From Piromyces finnis finn (lineage: Eukaryota; Fungi; Neocallimastigomycota), in NCBI GenBank assembly GCA_002104945.1, contig MCFH01000022.1, forward strand, positions 682,001 through 746,000: a stretch of 64,000 nucleotides of DNA, given 5' to 3'. The translations under genes were made by a program, and so were the position numbers. The notes beneath the pieces were generated by a model. The model was not told where the DNA came from. It saw only the letters and a program-made list of their open reading frames with translations, and did no database searches. Positions 1-12,688 of this stretch are shown here, piece after piece. Every line of letters begins with the position of its first letter. Positions within the stretch are counted from its first letter, which is position 1.

Positions 1-3000
1 AATTATTTAATAAAGGTTTACTGTCTAACGGTGTCGATAATGTAACTTTGTTAATAGATTCTGGTTCAGCAGAAAATTCTTGGCTAATCAAGTATGTATC
101 ATCCTTTGAATCCTTGAACTCATCATCATCATCATATTCTTCTTCAACCACCATGTTATCGTTAGAAGAACTATTGGGTTGCAGGGATTCCCTTCTAGTA
201 TTTCTTCTGGGTATATTTGGTGATAAATGTATAGTTTCTGTAGTTTTAACATTCGTATCAATAGTTAATGGTTTAGACGTTGTAGATAATGGAGCCTTTG
301 TTGTATTTAAGGTTGATGAACTTTTGTTAGCCTTATTAGAAATTGATGAGGTCTTTGTAATAATACTATTTGATTTATTTTTAGATGCGGAAAGAGTTGG
401 AGTTTTCATTTTTGTGACCGATGATACCTTTGGAGATATTGTTAATGTTTTTCCAGAAATTAATGAACTAGAAAGTGTAGGCGTTTTTGTTTTGGTAGAT
501 GATGATAAAGAACCTTTATAGGATGCTTTTCCCATTGAGCTAATACTAGATGAGGAAGAGATTCTAGAAACAGTTCCTGTTGGAGTTTTCGACCTTGCTA
601 TAGAATAATTAGTTTCAGATGACTTGTTCGCTAATGAAGAAAGAGAGGAAGTAGAAGATACCTTTGATAATGTTGGTCTTAGTGATGAAGATACCTTACT
701 GGGTACCTTTTTTGGAATAGAACCAAAATTAGAATCAACTCTTGACTTCACCGCTTTCATAAGAGGTGAAGAGTTATCCTTAAGTCTTACAGAAGAAAAT
801 GAATTGGACGTTGGTTTTAAACTTGGAGAGGTATATGTCGAAGAAGATATTGATGTTTTCGATATATTTGTATTATTTAATTTTGACCTTATTATTGGTT
901 CCTTTTTAAGTGGTGATTGCCTACCTGGCTGACTAGATATTGGAGTACTTTGCTTTTCAAAAAGTTGAAGAGTTTGTGGATTTAACTTTTTAATTTTTGG
1001 GGTAGATGGCGGTACAGGCGATGATCTTCTTTGAGTTGCTGCATTATCAAAAATAGATTTTAATGTGTGTATAGAGACGCTTGATGCAAATGAATTATTA
1101 GATGATTTGTGGGTAATAGTTGATAGGGAAGAAATAGTTGATAGGTTTGAAATTGATGAAACCTTTGAGAGGTTATTTGTTTCTGAAGTATTTGATTTTA
1201 AATCCTTTTGTGAAAATTTAGCATCAGAAAAGTTAGACTCACAGTCTAAAAAGTCATCTGTAGTAACTGAAATATCATCATAATTTTTTGTATCTGCAAT
1301 AAATGATGATGGATGAGACTTGTCATGTTTATCTTCATCATCACTAAAAGCTATTTCATTTGGATCGAAATGATTAAGAGCATCAGGATCATATTTTATA
1401 TTTTTAATATATTCATCTAGAATTTCATTATTAGTGGAATTACTTCTGTCAATATTATCATCAAATTTTGAAGTACCAGTAGGTGATGGAGGCATAGATC
1501 CATTGCCTTCAAATTTTGAAGCATTTTTTACAGTTAAAATAGGAGCTACAATAGGAGACGTAGATACTGGAGTTTCAATTGGAGTAATATCGTTTAATCC
1601 AATGGATTCTGTTTTAGCTAAATTTTGAAGAGATTTAGATAAAGTTGTAACTAATTCATTTTCTTTACGATTATTTTCTAGCTTTTTTGCTTTATTGTCT
1701 AATTCTGCAGATGATGACGTTACAACAACATGAGGGATATCATTTTTTGTAACTATATTAGTGGATTCTATTTTCTTTACAAGATGTGATTTGGTATTAG
1801 CAATAGATGAAATGGAATTTTTAACTCTTACAGTAGAGGTTGAAGATGTCGATGAAGCTCTTGAGGAAGGCAATGAATTGACTTTAGCTTTAACATTAGC
1901 ATATGGATTTTGTTTGGTTCTTCGAACCATATGTGTAGAAGTATTTGAAGAAGTTGTTGAATTTTGTGATGAATATGGAGTGGGTGAAGTTGTTAATTTT
2001 CTTGAAGTGATTGAGGAACTGCTTTTTCTTCTTGCAGTTGTTGATGATAAGGTAGAGGATACGGAGGATCTATTTGATAGAGTAGAATTTGGTTTTGTTG
2101 CGGTTTTAAGAGTTGAAGAAATTGATGGGATTGTAGATGAAGCTGTACTAGGTTTTAACCTTGAGTTAGTAGAACTTAATCTAGTACTTCGTACCGTTGT
2201 CTTTTGTTTAATATTACTATTTATTGATGAATTCACTCTTGACGATGGAGTGGATTTAACCGTTGAGGTTGTTGATTTTCCTTTCTTAGGAATTGTTGAA
2301 GTTGTTGCTTTTACACGACTAGCTGCGGTTGGGTTTGATGTTATAGAATTAGTTTTTGATTTTACATTATTTGTTGTAACTTTTGGTTTTATGGTAGAAG
2401 AAATTTTTGGTTTTAAGGTATTTTCTTGTTTTGAAGCTATTGATGATGTAATTTTTGGTTTTATGGAAGTTGTTTTTAATGTAGACGATGTTTTACTTTT
2501 TAATGATGAAGTGGATTTTGGCTTTATTGTTGATACTTTTGTAACTGATGATGTTTTAGGTTTGGTTGTTGATGATGAAGAGATAGTTGAATTTAAAGTG
2601 GAGGATGGTTTTGTTTTTATTGTTGTAGATGATTTTACTTTTGAACCAGTAGTAACTTTAGGTGCTACTTTTGGTTTTATACTTTGTTTTGAATTCGAAA
2701 CAGTTGAGTTAGTGGTTGGATTTGATAATTTGCTTAAAGTGTTAGTTTTATTCATAGAGGTAATTGTAGTTTGGGAATTTGGGATTTTTGATTTTGATTT
2801 ATTTTGACCTAATGAAGAAGACCGTGGTCTTCCTTTTGATGGATTTAAAGTTGACACCACTGCTGTCTTTTTTACCATTGTTTTTGTTTTTCCATTATTT
2901 AATTTATTACTGCTTAGTGTTGAATTACTTCTCGTTCTTGTTCTATTAGCATTTGGTTTTTTCATGTCATTATTTATTGAATTTGTGGTATTTAGTTTTG

Positions 3001-3043
3001 ATTTATTTAAATCTTGCGATATCTCCGTATTTTTCGTTGACAT
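1..3043 (-). CDS. Large Ser/Thr/Lys-rich low-complexity protein, partial (>1000 aa, runs off the left edge)
   Basis: ATG at 3043 (MSTKNTEISQDLNK...). The same frame reads ...EEYDDDDEFKDSKDDTYLISQEFSAEPESINKVTLSTPLDSKPLLNN at the window edge. It is absent from the ORF track, consistent with no stop before the edge. The plus-strand ORFs at 48-2807 are its antisense shadows. No domain recognised. Confidence 0.85.
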   Translation of the reverse strand, partial: MSTKNTEISQDLNKSKLNTTNSINNDMKKPNANRTRTRSNSTLSSNKLNNGKTKTMVKKTAVVSTLNPSKGRPRSSSLGQNKSKSKIPNSQTTITSMNKTNTLSKLSNPTTNSTVSNSKQSIKPKVAPKVTTGSKVKSSTTIKTKPSSTLNSTISSSSTTKPKTSSVTKVSTIKPKSTSSLKSKTSSTLKTTSIKPKITSSIASKQENTLKPKISSTIKPKVTTNNVKSKTNSITSNPTAASRVKATTSTIPKKGKSTTSTVKSTPSSRVNSSINSNIKQKTTVRSTRLSSTNSRLKPSTASSTIPSISSTLKTATKPNSTLSNRSSVSSTLSSTTARRKSSSSITSRKLTTSPTPYSSQNSTTSSNTSTHMVRRTKQNPYANVKAKVNSLPSSRASSTSSTSTVRVKNSISSIANTKSHLVKKIESTNIVTKNDIPHVVVTSSSAELDNKAKKLENNRKENELVTTLSKSLQNLAKTESIGLNDITPIETPVSTSPIVAPILTVKNASKFEGNGSMPPSPTGTSKFDDNIDRSNSTNNEILDEYIKNIKYDPDALNHFDPNEIAFSDDEDKHDKSHPSSFIADTKNYDDISVTTDDFLDCESNFSDAKFSQKDLKSNTSETNNLSKVSSISNLSTISSLSTITHKSSNNSFASSVSIHTLKSIFDNAATQRRSSPVPPSTPKIKKLNPQTLQLFEKQSTPISSQPGRQSPLKKEPIIRSKLNNTNISKTSISSSTYTSPSLKPTSNSFSSVRLKDNSSPLMKAVKSRVDSNFGSIPKKVPSKVSSSLRPTLSKVSSTSSLSSLANKSSETNYSIARSKTPTGTVSRISSSSSISSMGKASYKGSLSSSTKTKTPTLSSSLISGKTLTISPKVSSVTKMKTPTLSASKNKSNSIITKTSSISNKANKSSSTLNTTKAPLSTTSKPLTIDTNVKTTETIHLSPNIPRRNTRRESLQPNSSSNDNMVVEEEYDDDDEFKDSKDDTYLISQEFSAEPESINKVTLSTPLDSKPLLNN

Positions 3044-4141
3044 CGTTTATTTTATATACTTATTCGAATAATTAATATTAATAATAATTAAAATTATATT
3101 CTTTTTAATTTTGTTTATAACATAAAAAAATTTTTTTATATTAAAAATTTCATTTTATAATTTTATTATACAAAATATATATTTTCATATAATTTTAATT
3201 ATTAAATTTAAAATATTTTAATAAAACTTATATCTTTAATATTATTTTAATTACCTTAAAAATATTAAATTTGGTATTTATAATATGATTTTATAATTAT
3301 TATGCTAAATAATCGTTGACAAAAGAAAAATTATTTATTTGATGTGGGTTAAATATGGGTTAAATATAAAATTTATCTAAACTTAAATTAAATTGATGGT
3401 ATTGGTAAATTATCATATTCTTGTTTTTTCTTTAAAAATAATCAAAATTGTTGGTTATAAATTTTTTAATAAATGATTTAAAGTAATAAAAATGTTACAA
3501 ATACTATAATAAAAGATTTGAAAATCCATATATTTAAAAAAAGAAAAATTAGTTTATGAATTATAATATTTCAATATTACTTGTTGACATTACCTATATA
3601 TTGTTTAAAAAAAATTGGATAAAATTATTAATACTCAATGCTTTTACAATAAATGAATTGTTTGTTGAATGTTTTGTGGAATATTTATTTATAATCTATA
3701 TAAATATTTTTGATTATTTAATTTCAATGTTATTACTATATAATGTAAATTTGAAGATATTTTAATTGTCTTTATTGAAGAAAAAAAAAAAGGAATAGTT
3801 GGGAATCAGTATTAAATAGAATATCTATTTTGTATTTAAATTTGTTTTACCATTCGTTATTAAAGGTATTATAATAATGATTAATGTATATAATTTTTTC
3901 AAAATTTGAATGGCTATACTAAAATTTTTTCTTTTTCAATTTTATTAATATTTTGAATTCTATCGCGGTGTTATAATAAGTGATTTTCAGTAAATAAAAA
4001 TATTTATCGGTGCGTTGTTTAAAAAAAATAATCTAGATATTAATAATAGATTAAAAGGTATACATATTTTTGAAGAAAAAAAAGATTACATAAAGTAATT
4101 ATATTATTATATATAGAAAATTAAAAAAAAAAATAAAAAAA

Positions 4142-4172
<31 letters not shown>

Positions 4173-4952
4173 AAGGTGATTTTAATATTTAATTTATATA
4201 TAATAAATGAATGAATGAATAATAGTAAACTAATGAAATCTCATTAAGAATATAGAATTAATAATTAAATGAATGAATAAATATAAATTAGATAAATTGT
4301 AGATAATGATATTGAATTTTAATCTATTTTTAATTGTTTATCATTTCATATAAAAATTAAAAAAAATTTTTTTACTTCTAAATATTACGAAATTTTTATT
4401 ACAAAATTTACATATAAATTAAAAGGTAACCTATTCCTATATATTATATATTATTTTATTTATTATTCAATCTTGAAATTTATCATCAATGATATATTAC
4501 TAATTAATTGATTTAAAGATAATTTTTATTATAGATTCATTTATGTAATATATTGACTTTAATATAAAATATATTTTAATATAAAGAATGTTTCATTCAA
4601 ATAAATAATAAATATAAATTAATATAAATGATGGAATAGACTTTTTAATAAATATCTTTAATATATTATAACTAAAAATTAATTTAATTTTAGTTCATTG
4701 ACTAATAATAGAAATGGATAAATAAATTAAAATTGAATAAGTTCAATATAGTTTATTTATATTGATGCATATATTAATAATTGAATAGTTAAATTAATCC
4801 ATTCAATAATTTTTATACTATTAGGTTCATTATATTATAATATACAATAAGTATATTATAATTTTATTGTTTTAATATAAATTTTGTACAACGTTAGATA
4901 TAAAAAGTAATATATATAAAATATAATATATTTTAATTTGAGACAAAAAATG

Positions 4953-4954
4953 AT

Positions 4955-4985
<31 letters not shown>

Positions 4986-5006
4986 CTTATTTATTTATTT
5001 ATTTAC

Positions 5007-5053
<47 letters not shown>

Positions 5054-5074
5054 CTTATTTATTTATTTATTTAC

Positions 5075-5117
<43 letters not shown>

Positions 5118-5118
5118 C

Positions 5119-5217
<99 letters not shown>

Positions 5218-5218
5218 T
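4953..5218. repeat. (ATTT)n tetranucleotide microsatellite, about 265 bp, with occasional ACTT variants
   Basis: Seen directly; it generates the spurious YLFI-repeat ORF 4938..5234. Confidence 0.97.
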
Positions 5219-5491
5219 ATATCAACATATCTAAACTAAAAAAAATATCTTTTAATTTATTTATTAAATTAATCTCGTTCAAAGTTTGATTTTAGCAACG
5301 CAACTTTTATACCAATTTTGAGAGATGATTTATTAATTGATGATAAAAAAACAAAATAACTTGTGTTGGTTTTCAATGTAAATTACAATATAACGTAAAA
5401 CCTTTAGAATTCCTTAAAAATATACACTTTTTTCAGGTATATTCCATAAGAATTATAATAAATTATTCATTTCATTTAAAATGTTAATTCT

Positions 5492-5525
<34 letters not shown>

Positions 5526-6107
5526 ATTAATATTTCATTATTTATGGGAATTGTTAAAAAGAATATCATTATTTTCATATTTATTTTTTTGAATGATAGT
5601 ACTTTACATTAATTAAATTTATATTTTTCAATTATTTTAAAAATCCTATAAATCATATATATTTTTTTTTACTAGTATTAATAAAGATTAATATTACTGC
5701 ATGACTAATATTTTTATTTTAATTATTATTATTAATATTAATTTTAATCCTTTGATAAATATTACTAATTATACAAAATGGTATTTTATTATTTTATATG
5801 AAGATTAAACTGATTAGACTCATCCTTATACATATCAATAATAATATAAAAAAAGAAAAGATAATAACTTTTGATCTACAATTTCTCGTTCAAAATAAAT
5901 AATAATTAGCTTCAATGAAATAACTAAAGTTGATACTCTTATTAAAAAATATTAGATATGTAAAATATTTTACTTTAATATGATACAGACATTTTATCAA
6001 TATTTAAAAGAAAATGTACTTTGCATTATTACTAGTATATTTTTATTATTTATCATTCCTTATTTATTATAATAGTATTATGTTTTACTATAACTATTTA
6101 AAAAATC

Positions 6108-6209
6108 TTCTATTATTATTAAAAAGTATTTATTTCTTTCTTAAAAATTAATTTATTTTCTATTATTATTAAAAAGTATTTATTTCTTTCTTAAAAATTA
6201 ATTTATTTT
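6108..6209. repeat. 50-bp tandem duplication (2 copies)
   Basis: AAAAAGTATTTATTTCTTTCTTAAAAATTAATTTATTTT occurs at 6121 and 6171. Confidence 0.85.
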
Positions 6210-9200
6210 AAAGTTTTTAAGATTTTAAACATTATTAATTAAAGATTTAATTAAATAGAACTTTAATTTTATCATTTTTAACCTTTATTCATTTTCAATC
6301 ATTCTTTTACTTCCATCATAAAAAAAAAAGAATTGACATCTATTTTTAAAAATAATATTATTCTAATTTATAAATTTTTATAGCTCATTCATACCAAATA
6401 ACTTTAATATTAACCTATTAATAATACGACGATAAAAGAATTTTAATTGTAACAAAAAATTGAGCTGAAATAATATAATAATTGTAACCCTTTTTTTTTC
6501 AATCATCATTTTATATTTGAAGATTAATTTTATAATGGATGTTACTTTTTTTTTAAAATTAACAATAATTGCAAACAAAAAAACTTTTTTTATTTTTAAC
6601 GTTTTTTTTTCCAATTTTAATTTTTTATTTTATTCTAATACAACTTTAATTAATAATAATATTATTAAAAATTGTTTTACTAATGAATATAATAGATGCT
6701 TTTAAATTTTTGTATTATTAATACTCTATTATTTTTTAACAATATCATTTCAATAAAATAATTGCAAATAAATAATAAACATTTATTTATTTTAGTTGTA
6801 TTTAAAATAAAAAGTTATCAATTATGCTTTTTAAATACGCATACATAATAATAACTATATCATTTTTGGAATAAAAAATAATATTAAATAATATTATAAT
6901 TAAAATATTAATATATAAAATAATAAAGTTATTATAGAAATGGATTGTTTAATATATAATGTAATTGTATTATTATATAATTTTAAAATTACAATTGACA
7001 TACCATTAGTAAACATAATAAATTTTTAACATTCATTTTAAATTAATTATTATTAAACTAATATTTAACAAATAATTCTGAAAAGAATAGAATAATATAA
7101 TCGAAATAAAAGTAATGATAATAATAGTAAACTTATAAATAACAAATAGTGTATTATTTCCCCTTCTTAAACCTCTTAAATAGTATTATAATTAATTTAA
7201 TAGACATATAGTTATCTAGTTGTAATATGTCAAATAAATGTATAGTACCAATTAAACTAATCATATCTTTTAAATTATTTTTTTTTTATTATTCTATTAA
7301 ATAATGTATAATAAGAAAATTGAAATGAAATTCAAATAAAATTTATTATTATTGATTTTACAAAAACATTGAATTATTATTTCTTTTTTTTTTTTTAACT
7401 TCCGAGTGCACTTTTCCCATCAATCAGAGTTAGCCATTCTTATTTCTATCTCATTGTTTTTAGTCATAATGTAACCGAAATAAAAGAAAGAGAAATTAAA
7501 AAAAAAAAATGAAAAATTTAAAAATACGAGATTACCAAAATTTTATGGTATAACTAACTGTAAAAGCGATGTTAGGACAATTTTAATTAAAAAAGTGAAA
7601 TTGATGAACATGCCACAAATTTAAGAATTGCTTTATCAAAAAAAAAAAAAAGGTTCTGGAGGACCATTTTAATTTTGAAAGAATATATTTATCATATTAA
7701 TTTTATTTATAATCTATAAGAATATAATTTAATTATTATATCATAAAATAAAGTCTTTGATTGCAATACCTTTAAAAGATATTGTCCGAATGGAGTGTAA
7801 CTCTCTACCAAACATATTTTCAAATAAACATGAATTCAATTAAAGTCAATGTTGGTTTACAAGATATAATTATTTTTAAACAATCAATTGCAATTTTAAG
7901 ATGCTTTCTATATGGCTTCCGGTTCGACACTATATATATCTTTACATAAGATTTTATCCACTATTTTTTGCTTTATGGATTAATACATATAGGTATGTAA
8001 ATTTGTTGTTTAAATCTAATAGGACAATTTGTATTTTTATATGTTATCAAATTTATGTACCTTTAATATTGTTCCCAATATCTGGACAAGGACTAGGATA
8101 CCAAATAGAATAGAATGGTAAATGCAGCCCAGTTTCCAAAGATGAATCGTTGAGGATACGTATTTACTAAGTGACATTTACGTCATTATAGGTGTAATAA
8201 AAGAACATCAAAGTTGTTTTCTTTATCTTTTCATAATGTCTAAAATTTTATTTTAATGGGTTAGATTACTTAATTAGCTTCAAATATAACAAATATACCT
8301 TCCAATTTATTAACATTCGATAAAATGGATATCATTTCAGATATATATATATATATATAAATTTAATATAGAATTAACAATAAAAAACAAAAAATGAACA
8401 ACTTTTTAATAAAAGAAATAAAATAATTTATATTTTAATGATCTAATAAAGATTCACTACTAAAAAAAAAAAACAGAAAATTTAACCAGAGGAAAATATT
8501 AGTTTGGTTACAAATTAAACAATTTCTTGTTTAATTTATAATTAAATGAATTAGTGAAATAAATAAAACTTTATAGAAAAATGCCTGTACATATTATTTT
8601 ATATAATTTTATAAAACTTTATGCTTATTTATATGAACTTTAACAAAAATATTAATAAAATATTAATATGTATTTATATTAATAGTAAAGATGCATATTA
8701 TTCTTGACCCCGGTCTTAAAAATTTTTAACGCATTTTTTCTAAATCTCGTATAATTGGATTATTTAGATTTTTCTATTGTGAGATTTGCAAGAGGATTAA
8801 TTCTTCCAGCAGTATTACTACTAATGGCTCTACAACAATAATTTTATCTAAAAACAAAACAATATTTAATGTTTTTTTTATATATACACATTAATTTTGA
8901 TTTTTATATTTTAATCTATATATTTATTCAATAGTAATATTTATATTTTTTATAACAAAATAAATAATTAAACTTATTTATTAGAGTTTAATAGGTAATA
9001 TTATTATTTTATTTACTATAGTAAAGAATTACAAAATATTTTCTATATATCTATTATTATTTGATATTTGGTAACATTATAACAACAATAGTAATACTAA
9101 TCAAAACTAACCCATTTAAAAATGCTTTTAATATATGCTTTTTTTTTTTTTTTACACTCTAATAATAATAAAGATTGATATGCTATAAAATTTATTTATT

Positions 9201-11482
9201 ATAATAGAAAAATAAAGATGATCAAGAGAGTTAAAATGAATAATTATAAATCACTATTTTAATACTGATGAAATGATCTTGAGGAAACAAACAAGAAAAG
9301 AGTAAGTAATGTACTATCGATTAATAAAGTAATTTTTTTCAGAATGAAATGTTAATTATCAATCGGTAGGTTGGAAGAGGATAAATTAACATATTTTTAT
9401 CATTTTTATACTTTGCATGATAATAATAAAGTCAACTAGAACATAAATCTTAATCTTTATTTTACACATATAAGGCATGTTATTTTTTTTTTTTTCAATT
9501 TATCTTTGCATAATTTATTTATTAAAATGATAAACTTTAAAAAATATTAAATTTACTTTTTGTACAACATTAATTTTATAAAACTCTAATAAATTGTTGG
9601 TATTAAAGAATACTAATTATTTTTTAAAATTTACTTTTAATATAAAGAAAGTCCATTATTTAGGTTATAGCTAATTTAATTATTAAATCCTTTGTTAAAT
9701 ATACCTTCAATATACATCTTATACACCCTATTTATTATATATTTTAATGGAGGAGTTAACCCAAGTACGAATGTTCATATTATATAGGGTATAATAGACT
9801 CAATCATGTCATCTATCCTAACCTTTATTTTATTTTAGGTAATAACAATAGTTTATATTAAAAAATTGTATATAAATAAATTACACAATATAATAAACAA
9901 TATATTTTAAATTAATACAAAAGATTTTTATTGGATAATAATAAATTAAATTTAATAAATACTTTATCATTTATTAATATATACAAACATAATATTATTG
10001 AATAATTTTATATAAATTATAAAATTTAATATATTATGAATAAAATTTAAAACTTAATGAATTATAATATATTATATAAATATACTAATAATAAATTATA
10101 AATATGATTCATTATAAATTGTTCTATTCAATTAAATGAATTATAAAATAATGATGAATACGAAATATAAAATTATCATACCAAATAATTTATGCTAAAG
10201 TATAAAATTTAAATAGGAAAAAAAGCAGCAGGAGTAATGAATTTTTCATACTAAATAAAGAGAGTAAAAGCAATGATTTTCTAAAGTGAAGAGTATATAA
10301 TTTACTAATTTTAGTATAATAGTTGAAAACTAATAAATAATACATTTTTATTCTATATTTTATCTATTTTTTATGTAATGAATATCTTGAATATCACAAT
10401 TTATGTCGAAATTTTTTTTTTTAATTATTAAATTTACATAATTAAATTTCTATTCTTTATATATTATTAACTATTATCAAATAAAGGAATAAAAATTTTT
10501 GATTTTTTTTTTTTTTAAATTTTATTATTTATTTAAATTAATAAATTAATAATAATAATAATAAAAAAGATTATTTAATATTTGTTTATTTTTCTTTTTC
10601 TTTTTCTTTTTTTTTTAAAAAAAAATCAAAAACTTTTTATTTTAATAAAATAAAAAAAAAAAGAGGTTAATCTATTTTTATTTTTATTTAAAAGAAAAAA
10701 GTTAGTAAAGAAAAAAATAAAACAAAAACAGAAAAAAAAGCAAACAATTAGATAATCCGTAATAAAAATAAAAGATAATTACTGAGAAAATAATAGATTA
10801 TATAATACAAAACCAAACGGTAAATCAACTAAAAAGAATAAAATAAATAAATCCACTTTATATTAAATAATAGATCGTAAATTAAAGGTAAAAAAAAAAA
10901 GATTTTATATTACCAATGTTAATAATATTAAAAAACAAACAAACAAACAAAAAAAAAAATAAATGTAATAATAATAAAATATATCATATAGTCAACTGTA
11001 AAAGGAAAAATGTAATATATTGAAATAAATCATAATTAAAGATAATTAATAATTATTATTAAATGAATTTCATTTTCTACCAGCATATATCAAGCAAAAA
11101 ATTAATATAAAAAAATAAATTTATTTCAAAGATTTTAAAGCAAAATTTTACAGTAATTAAGTAATATAAAGTAGTAATTGAGAATCAAATTAAAATTTAT
11201 AAAAATATTTATGAAATGTTTTTTTTTTTAAAAAACAATATTATCGGGATATAATAGTGTAAATTATAGATTATAGATTAAAAGATAGTTAAAACTATAT
11301 AATCATAGTTTAAGCAACAAAATAATAAAAAATAATAATAACGATAATAATATAAAAGAAATTAATAGTAAAAATTCTTAAAATAGTAATGACTAATATA
11401 ATAAAAAATTTATATATTTTTTTTAATATACTGTAATTATTAATATTGCAAATATTTATTTAGAAAGTAAAAAAATATCAAG

Positions 11483-12688
11483 ATGAAGATAAAGTCGATT
11501 ATATTCTTTTTTATGCTTTTAGCTTTTGCTACTGCTCAATTTGGATTTAATCAAGATTTTGGTGGTGATAATAATCAAATAGACCAAGGACAAGATAATG
11601 GAAATCAACCAGGTAATGACCAACCAGGTAATGACCAACCAGGTAATGACCAACAAGGTGATGGTCAAGGCAATAATAATCAAGGTAATAATCAAGGTAA
11701 CAACAATGGTCAAGGTAACAATAATGGTCAAGGTAACAACAATGGTCAAGGAAATAATAATCAAGGTAACAACAATGGTCAAGGTAACAACAATGGTCAA
11801 GGAAATGGCCAAAATACTAAACAAATTGGTATTGGTAATCCAAGTAATAATAATCAAAATGGAAATAATGGAACTTTAACAACAGGTGATAATACTCTTA
11901 CCAACAATATTGATCAAACAAAAAACCAAACCACAAAAATGAATGACCAAAATACCGCAAAACAACCACAAGATCAAAATGTTCTCGCTGCTCAACCAAA
12001 AAGTGTTGCATCTCAACCTGTTAATACTCAACCAAGCATTTCCCAAACAATTACCAAACCAAGCGGTGAAATTATACCTAATGGAACACCAGTTCCAAAT
12101 GTTATGTTAGAAGGTTCAACCGCTACTCATAAAAGTGAAAGTAGTACTGATTGGACTAAAATATTAATGTATGGTGGAATTGGTATTGGTGTTTTATTTG
12201 TTATTGGTATTGTTATTAATTTCGTTAACAAAGCCAAAAGTAGCAGTAACAATGATATGGATCTTAACTTTGTTGTTGAACATCCAGAACCAGAAATGTC
12301 TACTAGTATGTTCAATCAACAAAATAATCTTGGATATAATCAACCACCAGTTGAAAACAATTATCAAAATGATTACCAATACGGTCAATATGGTGCTGAT
12401 AATCAATATCAAAATAATCAATATAATCAAGGTTATTCTGGTGATGTCAACTTTGCTCAAAGAACTTTATCTCTTAACCGTAATCCATCTGCCAATAATA
12501 ATAACTATCAAACAGATGAAAATGCTCGTGAAGTAATATATAATCACCGTCCAGAAGCTGGTGATGAAATTGAATTAAGACGTGGTGATCAAGCTACAAT
12601 TTATGAAAAATATGAAGATGGTTGGGCTTGGGGTTACAATATTACTACAGGAAAAACTGGTATGTTCCCACAACAATGTCTTGCTTAA
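11483..12688 (+). CDS. Type I membrane protein: signal peptide, Gly/Asn/Gln-rich repeat ectodomain, single TM helix, C-terminal SH3 domain; intronless
   Basis: Signal peptide MKIKSIIFFFMLLAFATA; NDQPG and NNNGQG repeats; TM ILMYGGIGIGVLFVIGIVINFV; SH3 motifs in VIYNHRPEAGDEIELRRGD...EDGWAWGYNITTGKTGMFPQQCL. Confidence 0.9.
   Translation: MKIKSIIFFFMLLAFATAQFGFNQDFGGDNNQIDQGQDNGNQPGNDQPGNDQPGNDQQGDGQGNNNQGNNQGNNNGQGNNNGQGNNNGQGNNNQGNNNGQGNNNGQGNGQNTKQIGIGNPSNNNQNGNNGTLTTGDNTLTNNIDQTKNQTTKMNDQNTAKQPQDQNVLAAQPKSVASQPVNTQPSISQTITKPSGEIIPNGTPVPNVMLEGSTATHKSESSTDWTKILMYGGIGIGVLFVIGIVINFVNKAKSSSNNDMDLNFVVEHPEPEMSTSMFNQQNNLGYNQPPVENNYQNDYQYGQYGADNQYQNNQYNQGYSGDVNFAQRTLSLNRNPSANNNNYQTDENAREVIYNHRPEAGDEIELRRGDQATIYEKYEDGWAWGYNITTGKTGMFPQQCLA

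Noticed and set aside
48-2807. Plus-strand ORFs rich in V/D/E/F/L (48, 624, 1065, 1434, 1761)
   Set aside because: Antisense shadows of the long minus-strand Ser/Thr/Lys-rich ORF.
4938-5234. 98-aa YLFI-repeat ORF
   Set aside because: Translation of the (ATTT)n microsatellite.
11519-12536. Overlapping alternative-frame and antisense ORFs in the SH3 gene
   Set aside because: By-products of the repeat-rich coding sequence.
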